Assembly (NCBI GenBank): GCA_049970895.1
Contig: JBMFMB010000015.1
Location: 3,207-35,206, forward strand
Length of the DNA stretch: 32,000 nucleotides
Direction: 5' to 3'
Source of the DNA: Candidatus Bathyarchaeia archaeon
Lineage (GTDB): Archaea; Thermoproteota; Bathyarchaeia; Bathyarchaeales; Bathycorpusculaceae
Below are positions 1 through 7,347 of the stretch, one piece after another; position 1 is the stretch's first letter; each line of letters begins with the position of its first letter. Position numbers and translations under genes: made by a program. Under the pieces are notes generated by a model, which was given only the letters and a program-made list of their open reading frames with translations, did no database searches and had not been told where the DNA came from.

Positions 1-175
1 CCGACGTTGCAGATATAAGATTTATAGCCGGAGAGTTGAGAAAAAGGGGTTGGGCCGTCTCCCTTTTTAACGGGTATATGCGGGTCGTAATCATGCCGCA
101 CACTAAGCCTTCCCATTTAAAATGTTTTCTTAAAGATTTAAGTGAGGTTTTGATAAAATTTAAGGGAGGCACATT

Positions 176-1420
176 TTGAACCGCCACCCGTCCAAAGATA
201 TTGTCGGTAGAAGGGGAAGCGAACTGAAAGGAAGGAAAATTGTTTTATGTATAACTGGAAGCGTGGCCGCTGTTAAATCGCCGGAAATTGCTAGGGAACT
301 GATGCGTCACGGCGCTGAAGTCTATGCTGTGATGACGGAGGCCGCGCAGAAAATCATACACCCTAACCTCATGGAATGGGCTACAGGTAACCCTGTGATA
401 ACGGAGTTAACTGGGAAGATTGAGCATGTAGCTTTGGCAGGCAACCATCAGGAGAAAGCTGATTTAGTTTTGGTGGCGCCAGCCACCGCAAACACAATAA
501 GCAAAATCGCCTCCGGAATAGACGACACGCCCGTCACCTCCTTTGTCTCAGCAGCATTCGGATCAAAGATCCCGATAATAATTGTTCCTGCAATGCATGA
601 GTCCATGTATAGGCACCCAATAGTAGCTGCAAACATTGAGAAGCTGAAATCGTTTGGAGTTGAGTTTGTGGGTCCAAAGATTGAAGAGGGTAAGGCAAAA
701 ATCGCCGACGTAGAGGATGTTGTAAGCGCCGTAATCAGAAAAATAGCGTATTTAAAGGACTTGCTTGGAAAGAAGATCCTCATCACCGCTGGGCCGACAT
801 TGGAGTACATAGACCCAGTTAGGGTTTTAACAAACAAGAGTTCAGGAAAAATGGGGGTAGCCATCGCTGAGGAGGCCCTGTATAGGGGTGCTGAGGTAAC
901 ACTCATTTATGGAAGAGGAACAGTTCCTCCACCAGCTGGAGTAAGGGTGATTAACGTGGAGACCACTAAAGAAATGTATGACGCCGTTGTGGAGGAGCTG
1001 CAAACGCAAAAATATGATGCAGTTATAGCGTGTGGAGCGCCTGCTGACTTCACCCTTGAGAAGCCTTTTGAATCCAAAATACCAACCCTAACTACCCCTG
1101 AGCTAACTTTAAAGTTGAAGTCGACGCCAAAGATTATTGAAGCGGTGAAACAGATAAGCCCAAACACTTTTCTTGTAGCTTTTAAGGCGGAGTACAGGAT
1201 GTCAAATGAGGAGATCATTGAAAGCGCCTATAAAACGTTGAAAGCTTCGAATGCAGACTTAATTGTTGCCAACGATGTTGGCAGGCGAGGCGCAGGTTTT
1301 GGCGCGGACACAAACGAAGTATTCATAATTGATAAAGACAGAAACATTATTCATATACCGTTAACCGCAAAACGAGAAGTTGCAGAGAAACTCTTAGACA
1401 ACATAGTCAAAAAACTTTAA
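176..1420 (+). CDS. coaBC: bifunctional phosphopantothenoylcysteine decarboxylase / phosphopantothenate-cysteine ligase (CoaBC/Dfp)
   Basis: 414-aa ORF with a TTG start a few nt after GGGAGG. The N-terminal half looks like the flavoprotein decarboxylase (ITGSVAAVKSPEIAREL, PATANTISKIASGIDD). The C-terminal half looks like the CoaB ligase (ITAGPTLEYIDPVRVLTNKSSGKMG, DLIVANDV). Confidence 0.9.
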   Translation: MNRHPSKDIVGRRGSELKGRKIVLCITGSVAAVKSPEIARELMRHGAEVYAVMTEAAQKIIHPNLMEWATGNPVITELTGKIEHVALAGNHQEKADLVLVAPATANTISKIASGIDDTPVTSFVSAAFGSKIPIIIVPAMHESMYRHPIVAANIEKLKSFGVEFVGPKIEEGKAKIADVEDVVSAVIRKIAYLKDLLGKKILITAGPTLEYIDPVRVLTNKSSGKMGVAIAEEALYRGAEVTLIYGRGTVPPPAGVRVINVETTKEMYDAVVEELQTQKYDAVIACGAPADFTLEKPFESKIPTLTTPELTLKLKSTPKIIEAVKQISPNTFLVAFKAEYRMSNEEIIESAYKTLKASNADLIVANDVGRRGAGFGADTNEVFIIDKDRNIIHIPLTAKREVAEKLLDNIVKKL

Positions 1421-1570
1421 CATCAAGCCTCTTATATCCCTCAGCAAATTTTAAGTGTCAAATTCATCTGCGTGACTGAGAATTGCGCATTCCAGTTCTT
1501 TTAGCTGTTTTGGATAAACTTTCATGGATAGAAAGGTAATACTAATTTATAAAAAAGTATTACAGTGCGA

Positions 1571-1795
1571 GATGATGAAATTATAGAAAAAGCTTATCAA
1601 ATATTGAAAGCCATAAACGCGGATCTAATCGTTGCCAACGATATGCCAGTAGACAGGGAGTAGGCTTCGAAACAAATACTAATGAAGTGTTCATAATCGA
1701 TAAAAACAAAAAGGTCTCCACATACCATTAACCACAAAACGTGAAGTGGCAAAGAAACTTATAAATGATGAGATTATTAAAAACATTAACATCAA
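1571..1795 (+). pseudogene. degraded second copy of the last ~70 codons of coaBC
   Basis: It aligns by eye to 1205-1428, at roughly 70% nt identity over the first ~70 nt. It translates DDEIIEKAYQILKAINADLIVANDMPVDRE* against the gene's NEEIIESAYKTLKASNADLIVANDVGRRG, then loses frame. Similarity runs through the stop region (aaaaacattaacatcaa vs aaaaactttaacatcaa). Confidence 0.7.
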
Positions 1796-1907
1796 TCGAA
1801 ATACTTGCGCATAAAACCGTGTTTAAGACTTCTCGACATTTTCCTCGAAGCTTAAAATATTATAAACATTCGCCTCTCACAAAAATTTAAAGCATAGCTC
1901 CAAAATG

Positions 1908-2122
1908 GCTTAAGGACGTGGCAACTTAAGTGGACAAAATGGTGACAATTCCTCTTTTGGGGGCTTGGGCAGTTTTAGACTTCTTTAAGCGTTTTTAGAC
2001 GATATACTGGTTAGAGGGTTCCGCTTTAGAGCTTTGTTTCCGCTTAAAACGACCTCCAATTTATTAAAAGGAGATAAAATAAACCGAGAAAGCTCAGCTT
2101 AAGTTGCCACGTCTGCTTAAGC
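1908..2122. repeat. 215-bp element bounded by 23/25-nt terminal inverted repeats (MITE-like or long-stem RNA)
   Basis: The left arm 1908-1930 is gcttaaggacgtggcaacttaag. The reverse complement of the right arm 2098-2122 is gcttaagcagacgtggcaacttaag, identical apart from a 2-nt indel. Each arm carries two CTTAAG palindromes. There is no ORF inside and no obvious target-site duplication. Confidence 0.5.
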
Positions 2123-2154
2123 GTCCAGAAATTTTATCTGAATAAAATGCATGG

Positions 2155-3336
2155 ATGCTCATGGTGAACAGGATGGGCGAATATTCTGCACCGCGATTCT
2201 CAGCGGGTTTCCTCGCACTAATATTCGTAGTTGGACTAATGGCTGGTGGGGCAATAACCTCCTACCTAGCAATCTCACAAATAAACAGTTTAAAAAAGGA
2301 GAACTCAAGGCTAAGGGCTCAAGTATCAGTTTTGTGGGGTCTTAAAAACGTTCCATGCCAAAATGTCACTGTTTATCAAAATTTGACAACACTATCCCAC
2401 ATATATGAGAAAGTTAAGGATTCCGTGGTGCTAATTCGCGTTAAAATACAAAGCGGGACAGTTCAGGGGTCAGGCTTTATCTACAACTTCACCGACAACG
2501 CCACCAGCAGAATGGTTGTCATAACAAATTATCATGTTATCCACAATGCAATAAGCATCAGCGTAACATTCCCGGACGGGGAAGCCTACAAAGCTGAAGT
2601 TTTGGGAAAAGATCCATACGCAGACTTAGCCGTACTTGAAGTGATAGATGTTCCAGAAGACAAGTTTAAGCCGCTTATAGTTGTTAGCTCCTCAACATTA
2701 AAAGTTGGCGACCCGGTTATAGCCATAGGAAACCCCTACGGCCTAATGGGTTCAATGACCACAGGAATAGTGAGCGCCCTCAACAGAACTATCACAGAAG
2801 AGTACACCGGAGGATTTGCAATAGCAAATATAATCCAAATAAGCGCACCCATAAACCCGGGAAACTCCGGTGGTCCACTCTTAAACTACTGTGGCAATGT
2901 TGTGGGGATAACAACAGCTATAGTTGCGGACTCTCAAGGATTAGGCTTTGCAATTCCATCAGACACGCTGCGAAGAGAAATATACGCACTTGTTAAGTAT
3001 GGAAACTACTCGGGACACTCTTATATGGGCATTTATGGACGAGATATGGACTATGAAACAGCACAAAGCATGAAGGTTCCAGTGACTTATGGCTGGCTAG
3101 TAACGGACGTTGTCGAGAATGGTCCCTCTTATAATAGGCTTTACAAATCTGACATCATAGTAGCCTTAAATGGCACACGCGTAAGAAACGGGGACGATTT
3201 GGCAAGCTACCTTGAGGTAAACACTCTTCCAGGAGACTGCCTAGAAGTAACAGTTTGGCGAAAAATTGACAACTCATGGAAGCAAACAACGGTTTCCATA
3301 ACTTTAGACAAGAGACCTTCCCGGCCATCAGTATAA
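2155..3336 (+). CDS. membrane-anchored HtrA/DegP-family trypsin-like serine protease with C-terminal PDZ domain
   Basis: N-terminal TM helix (FLALIFVVGLMAGGAITSYLAI) and a catalytic triad context of TNYHVI (His), DLAVLEV (Asp) and GNSGGPLLN (Ser). The C-terminal ~90 aa are PDZ-like. The start is ambiguous among 2155, 2161 and 2173. Confidence 0.9.
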   Translation: MLMVNRMGEYSAPRFSAGFLALIFVVGLMAGGAITSYLAISQINSLKKENSRLRAQVSVLWGLKNVPCQNVTVYQNLTTLSHIYEKVKDSVVLIRVKIQSGTVQGSGFIYNFTDNATSRMVVITNYHVIHNAISISVTFPDGEAYKAEVLGKDPYADLAVLEVIDVPEDKFKPLIVVSSSTLKVGDPVIAIGNPYGLMGSMTTGIVSALNRTITEEYTGGFAIANIIQISAPINPGNSGGPLLNYCGNVVGITTAIVADSQGLGFAIPSDTLRREIYALVKYGNYSGHSYMGIYGRDMDYETAQSMKVPVTYGWLVTDVVENGPSYNRLYKSDIIVALNGTRVRNGDDLASYLEVNTLPGDCLEVTVWRKIDNSWKQTTVSITLDKRPSRPSV

Positions 3337-3367
3337 AGACATAATGCCACTGTTGGCTTAAATTAAG

Positions 3368-3796
3368 CTACCCCAATTCCTTTTCAAGCTGTAAAGACTT
3401 TTTTGTTAATCCATGCTTTTTGTAAAGTCGAATGGCTGGCTCATTATCAAAACCCGTTACCGCATGAATTTCTAAGCGCCCTTTTCCTCGGCTCTTTCAA
3501 CGATTTTACGCAGAAGCATGCTTCCGATGCCAAGCTCCCATATTTAGGAGCAACATACAAGTTCTGTATGTAAGTTAACTTTCCACCATGCAAAAATCAT
3601 GTATAGTCCATAAGTCTATAAACCCAACAATTTCGCCATCTATCTCGGAAGCCACAACTCGTAATCAGGATTTTAAGAGAACTTTTTAGGATGGAGAAGC
3701 GCTCCTCATCGGTGACAGCTCACGCATAAACTCCCTTGCTAGCAGCATAAGCCTTAAAACGTAATTCTCATTGGCACACTTAATTTTAAAAGCCAT
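3368..3796 (-). pseudogene. GNAT-family N-acetyltransferase, multiply frameshifted
   Basis: No ORF of 60 aa or more on either strand here. Minus-strand pieces in different frames read MAFKIKCANENYV..., VVASEIDGEIVGFIDLW, NLYVAPKYG / LGIGSMLLRKIVERAEEKGA (acetyl-CoA motif A) and RLEIHAVTGFDNEPAIRLYKKHGL...ELG*. At least three frame changes are needed to join them. Confidence 0.65.
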
Positions 3797-3864
3797 GGCA
3801 AACAAAATTTGGCTGACGAATTAAGATTTTCGCACATGCACTGTTTTGAAGGTTTTAAGAGTGT

Positions 3865-3942
3865 TGGTGGGGCTGCCCGGATTTGAACCGGGGTCTAGAG
3901 AGCCCAAGTCTCCAAGCCTAGACCAAGCTAGCCGACAGCCCC
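3865..3942 (-). tRNA. tRNA-Pro(UGG), CCA encoded
   Basis: Hand-folded cloverleaf. Acceptor GGGGCUG/CAGCCCC, D stem GGCU/GGCU, anticodon stem GGAGA/UCUCU with loop CUUGGGC, T arm CCCGG-UUCAAAU-CCGGG, discriminator A followed by CCA. Confidence 0.9.
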
Positions 3943-4028
3943 GCTTATTATTGTATCTATAGGTAAAATTTTGAAATTAGGAGATTTAAAATGTTTCTCT
4001 GCCTAGAGAATGTTGTTTAAAGCGATTA

Positions 4029-4358
4029 TTAGCGTTTTCTTATGCTGCATTGGAGGACTTTTGGGCACACTAGGCACTCGTCTGGAATTGGCATATCCTT
4101 CGGAATAGAGTTCAAGAAGCCAAAGTAGTGGGCGCACTTGGCTGGAGAATCAAGAACTTTTGGATATTCAGCAGCCCTCACGCCAACGATTCGCATGTTC
4201 TCCACAAGAATGTCTATTTTTGACATACAATAAGGACAAGCATAATAGGTTTGCCTTGGTATGGTTGAGTTGTCTGTTAAGACCGCTGGTTTGCCAAAAG
4301 TTTTCCCGCATCCCTTATAGGGGCATTTGAGCTTTTCCTTGTGATGAAGGAAGCGCAT
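4029..4358 (-). CDS. Cys-rich zinc-finger/zinc-ribbon protein, function unknown
   Basis: 109 aa with CPYKGC...(25 aa)...CPYC, then CAH...CLVC...C. It lies directly downstream of, and on the same strand as, the DUF1028-TPR gene. Confidence 0.6.
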   Translation of the reverse strand: MRFLHHKEKLKCPYKGCGKTFGKPAVLTDNSTIPRQTYYACPYCMSKIDILVENMRIVGVRAAEYPKVLDSPAKCAHYFGFLNSIPKDMPIPDECLVCPKVLQCSIRKR

Positions 4359-4451
4359 GTAATTTTCCTCTCCAGCAGCGAAATTTCAAGTTTATCTGTA
4401 ATATTGATATTTAATAAACATTTCTGCTCACATGCGCAACATAAATACAGA

Positions 4452-5435
4452 TCAAATAAGCCCAAGCAGCTTCATGAAGTCTTCTGGAACGTCAACTAAG
4501 CCTAGCTTTGGAATCTGTCTAATAACAGAAACTATCTTCGGGTTTATTTCGACAGCCTTTCTGAAGGCTTCAGCAGCCTTATCCAGTCTCTTAGCTCTAA
4601 GATATATAAGCCCTAAATCTAAATAGGCGTCGTCGCATCTTGGGTTAATTTTTAAAGCCTCTTCTATGCGTTGGACCGCCTCCCCCAGCTTTCCCTGAGT
4701 GAACCTTGATTCAGCCTCATCTATCAGGTAATAGGCTTTATAGAGGCTTAACAGCCTTTTAAGTTCGCCCACCGGGTCCGGGTGATCTTCAGCTCTCAAA
4801 TCAATAAGCCTATCACCATATCCTCCTCTTCCGCAGCCCTCCTTGACAACGAGCAGCGCCGACGACTGCATGTCCCTTACGTCTCCACCAGCCCTTTCGC
4901 CAGCTTCTAATGCCGCAACAAGTCTTTCAGCGAGGCCTTCTTTTGTGGATTCATAGACCTCCGCCATTGCCTCTACAACTTCCTCGCTTGCCAATATGTT
5001 TCCCTGAGCAGAGTAGCCCTTCCCAGTTTTGCTTCCAGCCCATTCGAGGCATTTCGCCCCGGTGTATGCCGCGGCATTACCCTTCGCGTCCACAACCCCT
5101 AACTGCCTGTAATCTCTCCCCTCATCTTCGCTGACAAGCCTTTCAACAACTTCATTGGCTTTAAGCCCCTTCTTCAGTAATTCTAAGCCTTTCGGCCCAT
5201 AAGAAATGTTGACGAAGGATTGGGTGGCTATGGCGCCTACACCAGCCTCCGCCCATGGAACGACAGAGCCCACTGAAAAGTATCTTGACTGCACAGCAAC
5301 TCCAAGCTCACGCGTTTCAAAGTCATATGCCACTATAGAATATGTTGGAACTAGATAAGCAAGCTTTGGCTTTAAACTTTGAGCTATCATGTAAGAAGGG
5401 TATATTTGCATCCAGCTAAATGTTTTTTGCAACAA
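4452..5435 (-). CDS. DUF1028 (Ntn-hydrolase-fold) protein fused to C-terminal TPR repeats
   Basis: TYSIVAYDFETRELGVAVQSRYFSVGSVVPWAEAGVGAIATQSFVN matches my memory of the DUF1028 N-terminus. The C-terminal ~100 aa are TPR-like (AYYLIDEAESRFTQGKLGEAVQRIEEALKINP, AYLDLGLIYLRAKRLDKAAEAFRKAVEINP). The start is uncertain: TTG at 5435, or an internal ATG at MQIY or MIAQ. Confidence 0.8.
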   Translation of the reverse strand: MLQKTFSWMQIYPSYMIAQSLKPKLAYLVPTYSIVAYDFETRELGVAVQSRYFSVGSVVPWAEAGVGAIATQSFVNISYGPKGLELLKKGLKANEVVERLVSEDEGRDYRQLGVVDAKGNAAAYTGAKCLEWAGSKTGKGYSAQGNILASEEVVEAMAEVYESTKEGLAERLVAALEAGERAGGDVRDMQSSALLVVKEGCGRGGYGDRLIDLRAEDHPDPVGELKRLLSLYKAYYLIDEAESRFTQGKLGEAVQRIEEALKINPRCDDAYLDLGLIYLRAKRLDKAAEAFRKAVEINPKIVSVIRQIPKLGLVDVPEDFMKLLGLI

Positions 5436-5444
5436 ATTAGTGAG

Positions 5445-5520
5445 TGGAGCCTCGGCCGGGCTTCGATCCCGGGACCTGCGGCTTACGAGGCCGCTGCTCT
5501 ACCAGCTGAGCTACCGAGGC
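5445..5520 (-). tRNA. tRNA-Thr(CGU), CCA encoded
   Basis: Hand fold. Acceptor GCCUCGG/CCGAGGC, D arm GCUC-AGCUGGUA-GAGC, anticodon stem GCGGC/GCCGC with loop CUCGUAA, T arm CCGGG-AUCGAAG-CCCGG, discriminator U followed by CCA. Confidence 0.9.
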
Positions 5521-5635
5521 CCACCTGGCTCATTAATATTTTGAGAGCTAGCCTATTTTTAAGATGTTCGGAAAAGAATTTGGGGGAGTGGAAGTCTATT
5601 TTAGGCTCTATGATAAAGCATTGGTGTTGTGTCTT

Positions 5636-6165
5636 ATGGCAAGGGCTGGTTTATTAAATGCCATTTTGGAAAGGGCTTTCGTGAGAAGCTTTGAAGAAGG
5701 CAGAAGTGTTTTGAAGAAGATTTTGTTGGCTGGGGTAAGGGCTCCTTCTGCGGGGAACATTCAGCTAAGAACCTTTATCGTCGTTAAGGATGAGAAGGTT
5801 AAGAAGACGCTTTATGAACTATGTGAGAATCAAGCGTTTATGAAAGCAGTCTCCGTCTGGATTGTTGTTTGCCTCGATTTTCATAGAAATTTGAAAGCTG
5901 CAAAATTAACTGGTGTCAACTACGATTTTGAGGGATTCTACCATACACATTTGGGATTTTGGATGCCGCCTTATTCCTTGAGAACATGGTTATCGTTGCA
6001 GAAGCTTTTGAAACTGCCAGAACACGACCTATCAATTTTGTGCATTGAACACCTGAAAAAGAAACTCAGACGGAGAGAGAAATGGAGTTATAGGTTATAG
6101 TGTGCGAAAACAGTTATAGAGACATAAGCTTGCAGGATGTATCAGAATACTGGAAGAAAACTACT
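5636..6165 (+). pseudogene. nitroreductase-family gene, apparently frame-disrupted
   Basis: The N-terminal part is nitroreductase-like (RSF...LKKILLAGVRAPSAGNIQLRTFIVVKDEKVKK). After about 5940 the family-like sequence moves to another frame (YTFGILDAALFLENMVIVAEAF). It returns later (LLKLPEHDLSIL), and further pieces (VIGYSV, SLQDVSEYWKK) lie in other frames or after stops. An assembly indel error cannot be excluded. Confidence 0.45.
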
Positions 6166-6339
6166 TTAAACGGTTTAAAGCATGCTGGGAAAAAGCCGAC
6201 AAAAAAGGAAGTGGAAAGAATTTGTAAAGAGAGAAGAATTTGTGAAAGAAGTGAACAAAAGCTGACGAGCTTTCTGATGGAACAGTCGCTGCTAAAATAA
6301 AAGGGTTAAGAACTTTTAAGACCGTGTACACCAGTTATT

Positions 6340-7347
6340 TTGAAGGTGCAAATCTTGGAAACGTTAAGTGACATTGGCGAGAGAAAAGCCATCGAGCTTA
6401 TTTTAGAGCAGTTGGATAAGATGCCAAAAATGCCCATCCCCTTCGGTGATGATGTTTCAGCCTACCCCATAGGCAAGAAGCAGCTTTTCGTTTTGAAGAC
6501 TGACATGTTGGTCGCCGAAACTGATGTGCCGAAAGGTATGAATTTTTGGCAGGCGGCCCGCAAGGCTGTTGTCATGAACGTAAGTGACTTTGCAGCGAAG
6601 GGTGTGAAACCCCTTGTGATGCTTGTTTCTCTTGGAATGCCAAAAGACACCATGCGAAAAGAGCTTTGGGAAATTGCAAAGGGCTTAAATGCTGGAGCCC
6701 GCGAATACGATGCCTACATCATTGGTGGGGATACAAACGAGGCTTCAGACCTCGTTATAAGTCTTTCCGTCTTTGGCTTGGCAAGAAGAGATCATGTGAT
6801 GTTGCGGAGTGGAGCAAAACCAGACGACATAGTGGCTGTTACCGGCTCCTTTGGGAAAACATCAGCCGGATTGAAGATGCTTCTTGAAAAATGTAAAGCG
6901 CCAAAAGATATTCGCAGCTCTCTTTTGGAGGCTGTTTATATGCCGAAGGCACGTTTAAAGGAGGGTTTAGCCTTAAGCACCACAAAGGCTGTTACATCTG
7001 CTATTGATTCAAGCGACGGCTTGGCTTGGAGCCTTTATGAGCTTTCAAAGGCTAGTAATGTTGGCTTCCTAATAGAAAATGTTCCAGTGGCCACCGAAGC
7101 CGTCAAATTTGCTGAAATAAATGGTTTAGACCCGCTGGATTTAGCCCTTTATGGAGGCGAAGAATACGAGCTCGTTTTAACCATAAAGCCCAGCCTTTGG
7201 GGTGAGGCGGAAAAAGCCGTTAAAAGTGTTGGTGGAAATCTCATTAGAATAGGAAGAGTGGCAGCTGAAAGGCAAATAGTTCTTGAGGTTGATGATGAAA
7301 GGCGAGTTATTGAGCCTAGGGGTTGGGAGCATTTCAAAAAACAATAG
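6340..7347 (+). CDS. thiL: thiamine-monophosphate kinase (AIR-synthase-related fold)
   Basis: 335 aa with a TTG start. Motifs seen are FGDDVSAY, LKTDMLVAETDVP, VMNVSDFAAKGVKPL and IIGGDTN, in the PurM-like two-domain layout typical of ThiL. Confidence 0.8.
   Translation: MKVQILETLSDIGERKAIELILEQLDKMPKMPIPFGDDVSAYPIGKKQLFVLKTDMLVAETDVPKGMNFWQAARKAVVMNVSDFAAKGVKPLVMLVSLGMPKDTMRKELWEIAKGLNAGAREYDAYIIGGDTNEASDLVISLSVFGLARRDHVMLRSGAKPDDIVAVTGSFGKTSAGLKMLLEKCKAPKDIRSSLLEAVYMPKARLKEGLALSTTKAVTSAIDSSDGLAWSLYELSKASNVGFLIENVPVATEAVKFAEINGLDPLDLALYGGEEYELVLTIKPSLWGEAEKAVKSVGGNLIRIGRVAAERQIVLEVDDERRVIEPRGWEHFKKQ

Noticed and set aside
448-1218. Antisense ORFs (152 aa and 103 aa) inside coaBC. Similar long antisense or alternate-frame ORFs lie inside rgy (13070..15493), ftsZ (18222..19247), TIP49 (10454..11749), MFS (9087..9560), pckG (21615..22001, 22626..22943) and the ABC genes.
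   Set aside because: Each lies wholly within a gene that carries strong family motifs on the other strand or in another frame. Their translations are low-complexity and have no recognisable motifs.
1766-1830. AUGAUGA C-box-like strings at 1572 and 1766, and on the minus strand near 9700, considered as possible C/D box sRNAs.
   Set aside because: No correctly placed CUGA D box or terminal stem was found within 50-70 nt. The strings at 1572 and 1766 belong to the coaBC tail remnant.
5379-5657. 92-aa ORF spanning tRNA-Thr(CGU). ORFs 16008..16226 and 16112..16300 likewise span tRNA-Thr(GGU) and tRNA-Leu.
   Set aside because: These are read-through of GC-rich tRNA genes, and the tRNA folds explain the sequence fully.
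6100-6300. 66-aa ORF treated as an independent gene.
   Set aside because: Its N-terminal part (SLQDVSEYWKK) looks like the displaced C-terminal end of the disrupted nitroreductase-like gene, and it has a GTG start with no ribosome-binding site.
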